From NCBI GenBank assembly GCA_008632985.1, contig QPGO01000050.1, positions 62,001 to 126,000 on the forward strand: a stretch of 64,000 bases of DNA, in the 5' to 3' direction. Position 1 is the first letter of the stretch. Every line of letters begins with the position of its first letter. This document shows positions 39,671-51,946 of the stretch, in pieces. The notes beneath the pieces are model-generated. The model made no database searches. It saw nothing but the letters and a program-made list of their open reading frames with translations, and was not told where the DNA came from. The stretch is from Psammoneis japonica. Its lineage: Eukaryota. A program made the translations under genes and the position numbers.

Positions 39671-40189
39671 AACAACTTTCAAAATCTCGGTTGCTTTGCG
39701 CGAATGCACACACCAGCCCATCCGCACAAAATCAATCGCTGCGCACAGCACAGCTTCTGGCACTTTTCCAACGACGAGGTCAGAACTCAAAAACCATCAA
39801 TGGCGAAAATGGTGCTCGTCTCTGCGATGCTCGTTTCAAAGATGATCGGCTCGGCGCAGCCAAACAGCCCCTGTCCCATGACTGACATCTGCAACATGTG
39901 GCGCTGTGGTGAAAAAAGTCAGCACACTGAGTTGCAGCTTTGCGTCTTGTGGTGCAGTGTCGCGCTTTGATGTTTTTGGGGGTGTTGCCACACTGCCTGC
40001 CATTGTCTCACTCACAGTCGTTTGTTTCGTGTCATGTTCCAGAGCAAGGCATTGACGTCACATTGTCCACAGCGTTGAAGCCTCACGATTGATGTGGGTT
40101 GAGTTGTGGATTGTGGGGGGCAAACCAAGCAAAAGCAGCTGATCATTTGGGGACGCTGCAAGTGCTGCTTCGCATTGTTTGTCCATGAT

Positions 40190-40640
40190 GGATCAACTTG
40201 ATGCTCAACAAAAGCACCTGGAGCGACTTTGGAGTGTCGTTGGGCGTCTGACTCATTTGGCGACGCATCCTCGCACGGCATGGCGTCAATCTTGCATCTC
40301 ATTCTTCGTTGTTGATTGTTGGTTGTTGGCCGCGGGGTTGTGCACGACTGCTCAACTTGATGCTGCACTCAACAAAAGCACTTGGAATGACTGGCGTGCA
40401 ACAATTGCAGAGCACCATTGCGCGTTGGTTTGTTTTGTGATGTGTCCTTGCACGGCATGGCGTCAATCTTGTGTCTCATTGTTGCTTGTTGGTTGTTGGC
40501 CGCGCGTCGTGCACGACTGCTCAACTTGATGCTGCGCTCAACAAAAGCACTTGGAACGACTTGTGTGCAGCAATTGCAGAGCACTGTTGCGTGTTGGGTC
40601 ATTTTGTGGAAGTGTCCTTGCACAGCAGGGCATCAATCTC
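40190..40640. repeat. Tandem repeat of about 160-170 bp, about 2.7 copies
   Basis: tcaacttgatgct...caacaaaagcac occurs at about 40193, 40352 and 40521. Confidence 0.85.
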
Positions 40641-40988
40641 GTCTGGAGATTTGAGACAGAAGCAAGCGGCTGGCTCACCACACCAGTCAGTGGTGAGCAC
40701 ATGCAATGAGTTCAAGGGTGCAAAGCCCTTCTAAACCAACAGCATGAGCATTCTAAAAGCACAGCTGTGTTGTTCAGTGGTGAATTTTGTTTAAAACTGG
40801 ACGTGGAGGGGTCACATCCGTGCCCACTCCGTGCTTCATGCATGCCAATGCATGCAGGATGCCACGATGCTGCATCGACAAGTAACCCGGAAAGCAACCG
40901 AGAAATGCGAAAGGCACAAAGTCCATTCGAAGATGTCGCTTTCGGCCCGTTCACTTTCTACGTGGCCTGGTGCATCCCAAATCTGTGT

Positions 40989-41740
40989 GGAGCAGAACGC
41001 AATTTAAGGCCCGGCCTGAATTAAGGCCCTTGTGCCATCAGGCTCAAATCATGGATTCGAGGTGCGAGCTCCACAAAAACATCACGAGAACAGTGCTCGA
41101 CGAATGGTCAGCGGCCGTTTCCACCTGCAGTGCAGCTGCAAAAAAAATGACCATGCCACCACAAATGGAGGTCCAAACGAACAACACTGCACCAATCCTC
41201 ACCACATTGATGCACAAATGGATCCTGAGCAGCTTCGTCGCTGCAGTCAATGGATCCATTGACTTGCTCCTCATGGCTCTCCTCTGTTTCTCTGGTGCCT
41301 CTCATTGAACTCTTCTTGCTTTTGAAAATTACAACTGGTTTCTCCTTGTTGCACTGACCTTCACAAAGAAAGATGACACAGTCAACAAACATGATGGAGC
41401 ACATTCTTCCGTCTTCGGAGGCTTCTTCGGCGGCGCCATGGTGCATCATTTGTGTCGCATCGATGCGATGTGGGATCCCACGTAGGACGCAGCACTAATT
41501 CTACGCATGTGACGTGGAGGGCCTTAAATCACGACCATCCCATCATCCTCGCTCTTTGGACATTTTGGTTCGTGCGACAAAACTCATCAACTGTGCAGAT
41601 TTGAGAAAGTGGAACAATTTTTTTTCTGACAAGTTCAACGAGATCTTTCACATGAACACATGAAAGTGCGAAATGCACGCGCATCATGTCATCTTCATAG
41701 ATGGAGTTCTTAGCCGGGCCTTAAATTGCGCTCCACTCTA
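40989..41740. mobile_element. Non-autonomous TIR element of about 750 bp
   Basis: cgcaatttaaggcccggc (40998-41015) and its reverse complement (41713-41730), extendable outward to AGAGTAGAR once TA mutations are reverted. The internal motif ttaaggccc is repeated. Confidence 0.7.
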
Positions 41741-41949
41741 GATTCAGCACATTTTGCCCTGCAGAACAGTTTTTGGGAGTGTTCTGTGGCTCGCGGCTCA
41801 CAACAACACGCAAAATGACACGGACGACGGCGTTTCACCGATTTGAAAAATGCGATCGTCTCTGAGGTTGGAATCGTGCTAACCTTGGTGTCGCCCCACC
41901 GCGCCGGTGCTTGCTTTCCGTTCATCCAACTTTGTTGATGCCAGCAGTC

Positions 41950-44900
41950 AACTTTGCGAAACTTCTTGAAACTGTTGCACAAAACAACATGGCGTCAACG
42001 ACACGTGACAACACCACCGCCGCCCATTGCTGCAATGCCCCCATTGTTCCAGAGAAAAAGGAGAATGACGTCAAGGGAGCGGGAGAAGCGATTGACACAT
42101 TTTCGACATGCCGGCAGTCTGCATGTGCCCACGGCATTGCCTCAGAGTCTTTTGGCTGCAAACGCATCGACCACAAAGAACTTTGTCGTAAAGACAACAC
42201 AAGTGATGACACTGTAAAAGAAGCGAAGAAACCAGCGGCCTCTACAGATCACAAGCAAAGCAACATGTTTGAGATTCTGGACAGTCGTGATGACAAGGAA
42301 CCATCAAAAGATGCCGCAGCGCCTCCCAAAGACACCGCACCATCTCTCTTCAGCAAATCCGAGGAGGGCGGGCGACGACTCTAGCACTCCCGAGCTTCGC
42401 AATGTCATGTTTGATGAGATTCCTTCTCACACATGTCCTTCGTTTGAGTCAGCGTTTCTGGTTGCTGCGTCTGACAAAGTTTGCCAAGAACAAGGTGCGC
42501 AAGGGTTCTCCTGTGTTTGTCTTCCACTGTTTTGTTGATGCTTGCTTTAACTTCAAATTTCTGTTTGCCATTGTGATGGACCTTGTCTCGGCTGCAATTA
42601 GAGGGTGCAGCCTTGTGGCCACCTGTTGCCAGGCACCAACGCATCTTTTGCTGGCTGTTGCTGCTGCCAGGCACCGACGCATCTTTCATGATCAACGATG
42701 TGTCAATGTTCTGACGGACCTCTGCATTGCACAAGTGACATTGAATTTGTGGAAGAAACCGAGGGCATGTGGATTTGTGGAGTTGGTGAATGTGGAGCTT
42801 GCACCTGCATCTCAAAGCCCGAGCCATGGAAAAGACAATCTGGAATGACAGTTGAACGCACGCGTGCCAACAACAAGACAGGTTACACCCGTTTTACTCA
42901 CAAGACCGAGTCTCTTTGCCCCAGCCTCCATGAAAACAAACAGAATTGACACAGCAACCCGGGCCTGTCACAACTTTTGCCATGCCACTGCAGGATCAAG
43001 ATCATCACGAGCCTGTGCCACTCTGACGGAATTGCCACCGAATGAGCACATTGCGGTCGAGACCATTGTCACTCTGTGGATGTTGTCTCGGATGTGAGCG
43101 GGGGACAACAGAAATGCAGGCTTTTAGCCATCGCATGTCTGTGCAAATGGTTCACAGAAGTGACCAGCACTGCAACGGCAGTGGCCATGACGTGCGGCAT
43201 GTCACTCCTGTCGGATGACTTGATGAAGCTTGTGCTGAGCGCGAACGCATTCTTGGCAAAATCTGTCCCATGACGGGCGCCACGGCCATCCCGCTAGACC
43301 TGCATGGCACCACCAACGTCTCTCCCAAGACAGTGGTGTACGGACCGCTGCGGACTTTGACATTTGACGACGAAGTTCACGGCAGTCCCATTGAATCGTT
43401 TGGTGCATCCGAGCAAGATCACAATGCTGCAGCAACCTTCTTCGGGAGGCGTGCCTCGTTCATGCTGACGAGCCTTTGCTGGCACCCGAACGAGAGGAAG
43501 CGCAATTGTGTCTGCGTTCCTTCAGGCATGGGTGCATGGACCATGCTTTCATTGACGAATGGCCACAATGTGCGAAAAATCATGCAGACTCCTTTGTCTT
43601 CCCTGCATCCACCGCCAGAGAGGGGTTGGGAGGAGGTGTCGCATGATGAAATCGAGCCAACGAAATCTCTGAAACGAAGCACCCACGGCCACCACGTGTT
43701 TGCCTTTCGGTGGTTGACCTGCGCTTGGAATCCAGATCAAGATGATCCTGCTGCATGTTGCGTGGGTGACGATTTTCACTTTTCCTGTGGATGTGAAGTG
43801 AATTCCTTCGAATCAACGGTGTCCAGCCTCAACCTGTCACTGAAGCATGACTGGCGGTGTCCATCTTTTTGTGTCTCCCACGTCAAGACGTCAACTCCAT
43901 TCAGTGTTCCCATTGATGGCTTTCATGGATGCTCCGCGAAGCACTCAACACGGATGCCCGGCATCAACATGCATGAGGTGCGTTTCAATCCCAATGGCAC
44001 GTTGCAAAACTCTGGTCGAGACATTGGCCAATTCATTGGTCTCCGCGGTGAACCAGGCGGTGAGACATTGGTGGGACACTTTTGCCCATTGCCCGCCCCA
44101 ATGACGTTGGGGTGATTTGTATTTTGCACCGGACCGACGCCAAAGTGGGGCCAATCACAAAGCTTCTAGATCGTTTGCGACCTTGTGGTGAAATGTGCGT
44201 GTCTGCATTGGGTGGCTTGTGGCTCAGGTTTACGGACCAGGGCATTTTCTTTTGAGAAAAGGTGTCAAAGATTGGATTGCTGGCGGTTGGTGCAGGAATT
44301 GCTCTCATGCTGTAAATCATTCGAGTGTTCGGGCGAGGCAGAGAGCGGTTTGGCGCACATGAAGATTCTGGATGATGCATGGGACTCGGATCCCAAACAT
44401 TCCAGATGCCGCGTGTTTCTCAATCAGCCTCCGCTTGGCTGGACGGTGAGTCGGTCGCTCCAAACGGTGTTTTTGAATTCCAACATTCGCTGCTTCCTTC
44501 TCAATGCTCGCCTCTTTTTCTCTTCCTTCGGTTTCCTTGGTGATTTAGGAGGGAGTTGGGTCCGTTGAGCCCCAAGGATGTCAAGAAGCACTTGATCTGT
44601 CCTCCCGAACCTGGAGATGTCTTTGCAGTTGGCGGATCTCCCGATTTTTGAAGCAGCGGAGTTGGCGACGTCACCATGGGAACTTCCCAGGCCACACAGC
44701 CTGTCTCTGAGCAATTGAAAGCCAGCCCAGATGACACAATGTTGTCTGCTCATTCCAATCCAGAGACAGAAAATGATTGTCCCTCCGATGAAGAAACTGT
44801 TGGTCAGGAGCAGAAATTGATGAAGCAAAAAAGAGTCGGTCTCTGTGGAAGGCTGCATGCTGGTCAGACCTGCCATTGTAATCGTGAAACGAAAACGACA

Positions 44901-45140
44901 CAGTGGAGCAAGCCTTCTGGCTTTGTCGACTGTGACACTTGCAAAACGGAGCAACGTTTGGGGTGACGGGAAAGACGGGCACAAATGATGCCACTCATGC
45001 GGACTCTCTGCATGAACATTAAAAAGTCGAACAAAACTCGCAGGACTTGGGACGTGCAAGAAGAGGTGATGCTGTTGTTCAGTGCCATCCAGAAGGACAT
45101 GAGATGAGCCTTTTGCTTGTCGCAACAAGCGAAAAGGCGC
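41950..45140 (+). repeat. Unclassified repeat family, copy B (longest, CpG retained), with a decayed long coding trace
   Basis: Homologous to copies A and C. Residual ORF at 43270-44115 (281 aa). Confidence 0.8.
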
Positions 45141-45144
45141 TTCT

Positions 45145-46200
45145 TGCGACTTTCGTCCTCGTCAAGGCTTTGCAACTGCATCGGAGGATTTGGGTTGCAG
45201 TCATCTATTACGAAATGTCTTCACCGTGCAGAGTCCAGCTTTTGTTTCGCTACAACAGCAATCGGGCAATGATTGCTTTTCCACCGTCACGTCCGTCAAT
45301 TCCGTGACACAAGACGAAACCAACAACATTGAAAACAATGGTGAAAATTCTTCTTCCTCGAACAGTGGACTCTCGACAGGAGTGATTATTGCCATTGTCT
45401 TGGGCACCGCGATTGTGTGTTGCCTCTTTGCCTTGGGATGTCGTTGTGCCAGAAGGACGACTCGACCACAAAACTGTTTCAAAAAGCACGGGTCCCAACA
45501 ACAACACGTCTCTTGCCGTCAATGCATCCATGGGTTCGTCATCGAATGCTGCTGCATCCAAGAATGGGAAATTGGACAGTTCCTTTTGGACTCCACTGAA
45601 AAAGTCAAAACAACCACAACGACGACAAGCACCACCCAGTTCGGCTCGATCCTCCAATCTGTCCTGCGTGGAGGACGGTCAATCCAGTCCCAAGGGTCAA
45701 GTCAGCAGCTGTTCGCATCGACAACGAACCAAATCTAGTGGTGACTCGTCATGTGACGATGGATCGTATCTGGCAAACAGCAGCAAGGGCGGAGGCGACT
45801 TGACACATGCCTGCTCGCTCGACGACGGCATTCAAGATGCGGCCACGTATGATCCTGGTTCCATGTCGAGTGGAACCACCATGTTGGGCACTGCATCCGG
45901 TGGTTCCTTGTCGGCACCGTCCTTTCAAGATGAACATGACATTCCACCCGGAAAGGCACAACGAGATGTCCATGCACCACCGGGTCAATTGGGAATTGTC
46001 GTCGATGCCACACTCGATGGACCCCAAGTCATGTCGCTCAAGGACGACAGTCCACTGGTGGGTGTGATTTGGGCAGATGACTTGATTGTTGCCATTGATG
46101 ATGTTGACACACGCAACATGACGGCTGGTTCGATTGGACAATCAATGGCAAACGCATGAGTCAAAGACGGAAATTGACATTGTGGAGTGATGATGAATGA
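45145..46200 (+). pseudogene. 5'-truncated, mutated copy of the PDZ membrane protein gene
   Basis: SYSYRQR->SCSHRQR, TYAYS->THACS and RDVY->RDVH relative to copy 1. Confidence 0.85.
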
Positions 46201-46872
46201 CAATGGGAGGAGCAACGAATCCAGCAGACATAGAAGTCGTGTGGTCCACATTCTTGGTTCTTTGGAATTGTGGATTGCGGTGCCGACAATAGGATGCTGG
46301 AATGTGTGCTGTGGGTTTGTGCACATGCCTCCAGGCGGATGTGCTGAGTCTGCGTTTGCAATGCAGGCGGCATCGACTGGAACAGAGCCGACTCTGGGGA
46401 ATGCAGAGACTGTGAAGACGACACCGTCACAAGCACCAGTCTGCTGGCTCCACTCTGTCTCGGAAGAGATGGCCACACAAAGTGGTGTTAGGATTGGCAG
46501 TCGAAGCGGCAAACTCTACGGTAGATGAGCAAACGACAATTGCACTGTTGTGCCACACTTTCTGCTCGAATCTAACTAATGACATACATCCCTTCGATGC
46601 CAATCGAGACTCACTAACGTCTGCCTCCCAACTGACATTCTAATGCTTCCAAGAACTTAAAAAGCACCGATTCGAAAGGCAAGCCTGATTTGTTTCAATG
46701 TCGTGACCCAACTTCCAATGCAGGTGCCAGAATCTCAACAACAACATTCTTGGTTTCTTTGCGGGGTTTCACAAACGGCACAGAATCTTGAAGAACGTTC
46801 ATCACATAAATCGACGCATCTAAAACTCTCGTCACCCAATGTTTGGCTTTCCACTCCATTGTAGAGCGACAG

Positions 46873-47718
46873 TCAGACAAAATTGGGTTCCGAAAGAGCG
46901 ACACCTTCAAAAAGCAGGGTCGCCCGAGTCTTTGCAATCTCCAAAACTTTCTTCCCCCAATGTCCAACACTCGATTTGATCTCAGAGAGATGGTTAGACA
47001 AGATTGGGTTCCGAAACGGCAAAAAATTGTCGCATTCCTGCAGAACGCGAGCCTGAGTCTGGATTTGCGCGACAACGTCGTTCGAGAATACGTCTGCAAG
47101 TTTCCGCCAAAGCTGGAACACTTCCGACTTGGATTCCACAAACGTGCTGTAGGTGTCTGACAAGAAGGCCAACTGGATCTCCAAAAATGTCGTGAACGCA
47201 TCTTGGAACGGGACTCCCTTGGTCTGAATCGTGCTGTCGGGAGCAGTGTTGAGAAAAAGTTGCTGGAGGCTGCCGTTGGAGTCGCCATTGTTGTCCGGCA
47301 CAAAACAGTCATAGACACAATGCTCGTTGGCACCATCTTCTGGTGCAATCGTGGGCGTGGTGTTGCGCAGGAGGTCTTGGACGCGACTCGGAGACTTGTC
47401 GCCGTCGTCAAAATGAGCGCAAAAGCTGGAAGTGATGATGGCGTTTTCGAAGGGAACAGTGCCGGGAGCAGCGTTGCTGATGATGTCATGGCAGCAGCTG
47501 GGGGTGGTGTCGACATCAGAGCAACTGTTGTTGTCCAAAAACTTGCGCAGGAGCTCTTGGTTGAACGTGGCGACACTGTCGGTCGCCGTGGCGGCCTTGA
47601 TCGACAAGGCGCTAACGGAGCGCTTTGCCGCATCCACAAACAAGGCAGAGAGAGGGCTGATGATGGCACCAGCGCTCATGGCGGCAATGATGGCAAGGAC
47701 AAAGTTCATGATTTTCAT
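46873..47718 (-). pseudogene. Mutated but open-frame copy of the secreted hypothetical protein
   Basis: YYH->CCH, EYCVYDY->EHCVYDC and TIVP->TIAP relative to 33698-34553. Confidence 0.75.
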
Positions 47719-48039
47719 GATGGACTGTGAACTGACGAGCAATTCAGAAATTGTGAGAGCACTCGAACGAGAAGAGATTCTGTCTGCAATGGAGGCGCCG
47801 TGGCACAAGACACGTGGAAATCTACGCGGCGTGGGCCGTTTCTCCGTTGCATTGAAGTTCAGAGAAAGTTTCGCGAAAGTTAGGCCCCTGCTGCCGTACG
47901 GCAGCTAGCTTGAAGCTGGCTGCGGCAGTGGGCATTTCGGCGCAGTTGATGAATCTATCGATCTTAGTTGGTCGTGCTTTTCTGCTCATTCCAGAACAAT
48001 TCGCTCGCTCGCTCGTCGTTCCTGGTTGATGCTTGATGC

Positions 48040-50290
48040 AGGATGCATTCAGCAGCCAACAGTCAACTGCTGCTGTTGCATGAAAACAAAATGGCATCAA
48101 TGACACATGATGGCACCACCATGGCAAGCAGCTGCAGTGCCCCCATGTTGTTCCACAGAAAAAGGAGGATGACTTCGAGGGGTGGGACGAGAAAAGAGAG
48201 GTTGGCACATTTTCGACGTGCGTGTGTGTGCCCACGGCATTGCCTCAGAGTCTTTTGGCCAAAGAACACATGCGCATCGAGAACACTGCAGAAAAAGCAA
48301 AGAAACAACCAGCGGCTTCTGCAGGTCACAAGCAAACAACACGCTGTTGGTCCATCGAAAGATGCCGCAGCACCTCCCAAAGACACTCCCAAGCTTGGCA
48401 ATGGCGTGTTTGACAAAATTCCTTCTCATGCATTTCCTGCATTTGAGCCAGTGCTTCTGGCCAGTGTTGCTGCACTGACTGCATCAGGAGAAAGTGCCGA
48501 AGTGCCTGACAAAGTTGGCCAAGAACAAGGTGCGCAAGGACTCTCCTTTGTTTGTCTTGCACTGTTTTGTTGATGCTTGCGTCAAGTTTGAACTTCTGCT
48601 TGCCATCATGACAGGTCTTGTCTCAGCCACAATTGGAGAGTGTGGCCTTGCTGTTGCCAGGCTCCAACGCATCTTTTGCTGGCCATCACTTTTCCTGGGC
48701 ACCCACACATCTTTCGTGATTGACGATGTGCCAATTTTGTGATGGGCCCACATCATGCAAGTGACGTTGAATTTGTAGAAGAAGAAATCAAGGGCATGTG
48801 GGTTTGTGAAGACTTTGTGCCTTGCTCTGGAATGACAGGTTGTGCCTGTTTTGCTCAAGACCGAGTCTGTTTGCCCCAGCATCCATGAGAAAAAAACAGA
48901 GCTGATGCAGCAACCTGGGCCTGTCTTAACTTTGGCCATGCCACTGAACATCACAAGCTTGCACCACACTTGCAGAGCTGCTGCCAAACAAGTGTGCAGA
49001 GATGGGTTTGCATGAGGTGTTGTGTGATGAAATTGAGCCAATGAAATCTCAGAAACAAAGCACCCAGCATGTTTGCACTTTGGTTGTTGACCCACACTTG
49101 GAATCCAGATCAAGATGATCCTGCTGCTTGGCACACTGGGCAGAGCAAGCTTGGGCAACTTTGTGTCTCACATGTCAAGACATCAACTGTGCTTCCATGA
49201 CTGTCAATGACACCCCCATTGATGGCTTTCATCAGCACTCTGTGAAGTGCTTAACATGGGCACCAATCATGACATTGGTGTGCACGAGGTGTGCTTTAAT
49301 CTCAACAATGCATTGCAAAACTCTGGTCCAGAGATGCTGGGCAATTTGTTCAAGACAGTGGGACACTGTTTTTGCCCATCACCCTGCCCCAATGACGTTG
49401 AGGCAATGACATTTTGTGCCAGACACACCAAAGGGGGACCAACCCCAAAGCTTTTAGATCATTGATGACCTGGTGGTGCAATGCACTTGTCTGCATTGGA
49501 TGTCTTGTGGCTCAGGTTTGCAGATCAGGGCATTTTCTTTTGAGAAAAGGTGTCAATGATTGAATTGCCAGCATGTGGTGCAGGAATTGCTCCCATGCTG
49601 CAAATCATTTGAGTGTTTGGGGAGCATGGACGAAGCCACCCTGAGCACAGTGGAGATGGGGCTCGCCAAGGCAGAGAGTGATTTGGCCTGCATTGAGATT
49701 CTGGATGATGTGTGGGACTTGGATCCCAAACATTTCAGATGCCACATCTTTTCTCAATCAGCCCCCGCTTGGCCGGACGGCAAGTCTGTTGCTCCAAATG
49801 CTGTCACTCCAATGTCAGGTGCTTCCTTTCTCACTGCTTGCCTCTCTTTCTCTTTCTTCAGTGCTTTTTGTGGTTTGGGAGGGAGCCAGGTTTGTTGAGC
49901 CCAAGGACATCAAGAAGCACTTGATCTGTCATCCCAAACCTGGAGACATTGTTGCAATTGGTGGAACTCCAATTTTCAAAGCAACGGCATTGGCAAAGTC
50001 ACAGTGGAAACTGCCCTTGCCATGCAGCCTGTCTCTGAGCAAGTCATGCAAATGCAGGTGACACATCCACTCCTTCCAATCCAGAGACAGAAAATGATTG
50101 TCCTTTGATGAAGAACTGTTCATCCAGAGCAGAAGTTGACAAAAAGCAAAAAAGCATTGGTCTCTGCGGAAGGCTGCAGTTGATGTCCATGCTGGTCAGA
50201 CCTGCCACTGTGGTTGTGAAACAAGAGCAACACAGCAGAGCAAGCCTTCTGACTTCTGACTTTGTCGAGTCATTTGAGTCCATCATTTCA
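48040..50290 (+). repeat. Unclassified repeat family, copy C (internally deleted, TA- and CG-depleted)
   Basis: Matches copy A up to about 48995, then about 43620-44930 of copy B. Confidence 0.85.
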
Positions 50291-50299
50291 TGCCAATGG

Positions 50300-51040
50300 C
50301 AACAATGGATTTTGCACTCGCTTCACTAAATTCAGCAGCATCGAGTTGCAGGAACTGAACAATGGCTCACCGCAAGGCAGCTGTTGTGATTTTACATGTG
50401 TCCAGTGCATCTTGTTTGCTTTGCCACAGAAAACGTGAATTGTCATTTTGCCTCCTTCAGCACAAGCCGCAGAAGAAAAGACAAAATCAATGCCACTGTC
50501 CCCATCACGAGTTCCTGATGAGCAAAGCTGTGGTCCCCTTTTCTTGAAGGAGCTGTTCTTTGCCCTTTTTGACAAGCAAGACATGTTCCGGCTTTTGGAC
50601 TGGCGAATGACAACTGCCAATCATCCCACCCATTGCAATGATTGCCCAAAGAAGAAGGAGGACACAAACAAACATGAGTGGCAAATGGCTGGCATGACAG
50701 AGCACCAAACAAGGATCCGTCACAAGAAGGAAGAAGCTTGCAATGAAAACACCACATGTCTGTGATGCAATGCAACTGATCGGGATTGCACTTCCTTGAG
50801 AAATTTGAGGCTCTCATGCTCATCGTTCCGAACTAACTTGGATGGCTCGCACTGCGTGTCATTGTTGCCGAGCCCAATTGGAGATGGCGTTCATGATGCA
50901 TCTGCTGCTCGCCACTCGTCCTTGCAACAAAAGATGCACAGACACATCTTGTTTGTGACAATGCATCTGAGACACAGTGCAACCATCTGCAATGATGAAC
51001 CACGACAGGACCAAAAGTGCACAACCATTTGCTCTAGAGT
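50300..51040 (+). pseudogene. Possible TpA-mutated host gene fragment of unknown function
   Basis: Coding-like frames 50448-50765 and 50796-51200, convergent with the PRCC-like gene and nearly TA-free. Confidence 0.3.
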
Positions 51041-51085
51041 TTTCCCAAGCATGTCAACATTGCAATCTCACATTGTGTCACATGT

Positions 51086-51946
51086 CTGCCACCCACATTT
51101 TTGTTTTGGATTGGCACGCCGATTTTGCTTGTCACTGACTGGTCCGGCTCCTTGTTGCGATCGTTGCAATTCCAAATTGACGGCACTCTGCACCAACTGA
51201 TTGATTTGATGTTTGGACCGGTGTTTGGACGTGACTTGATTTTGCAACTCATTGCTTCCCATGGATGAATGGTGCATTTTGACAGCCGCCTTTTGGATGA
51301 CGTGTGACTGGTGTTGCTCGTGTTGTTGCTCGTGTTGTTGGGGAGCCACGCAGCCTGAGCAATCTTGGGCTTGAATGGAAACAATGTTGCTGCCAGCATT
51401 GTCGTCCACAACTGCATCAAATTGTCCACTTCTCAAGGCTTGTTCCAACTGTCTTTTGCTCTTTTTTTTGGAGCGCTGTTGTGGTTGTTGAGCAGCATTG
51501 CCAAATTCTTGTGGATGCTGATGCATGGTGGAAGGTGCCTCGTTTAGAGAATGGCCCATGGGGGATGACGCTGCAGCAGCAGCAGCAGTGACCACTTGCG
51601 GTTGTTGTGTTGTTGCAGGAGCAGCATTTAAGTGATGAGGAGCAATGGCTGCAATGGGAGCAGCAGTGGCACTTGTCGTTGTTGGCAAAGTTTCCAAAGG
51701 AGCCGGATTTGTTCTTGTTGCACTTGCTGGCCCTGCCGCGCCAATGGCAACGTTTGTCTGTTCGTTTGATTCTTCTGACGAAACACGATCCTCCGTGGCA
51801 GCGTGAACATCAACAACGTCCTGGCCCTTTTTGGAAGTAGCAGCAGTTGTTGTTGTGGATGTCAGTGACAAACCCATGGCTGCATTTGGTTTCTGGTCCA
51901 ATGTCGAAGCATCTTCCTCATGCGCGGCAGTGCTTGCAAAGGGCAT
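51086..51946 (-). pseudogene. PRCC-like (proline-rich protein PRCC, C-terminal domain) gene, TpA-mutated
   Basis: The C-terminus KHRSKHQINQL...NRRANPKQKCGW resembles the PRCC KHQI..L...KYG(F/W)* ending. The presumed TAG stop now reads CAG at 51086-51088. Confidence 0.7.

Larger units (their letters stand above)
45145..48995 (+). repeat. Segmental duplication, copy 2 (TA->TG/CA mutated)
   Basis: Colinear with 31956-36130. Confidence 0.95.
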
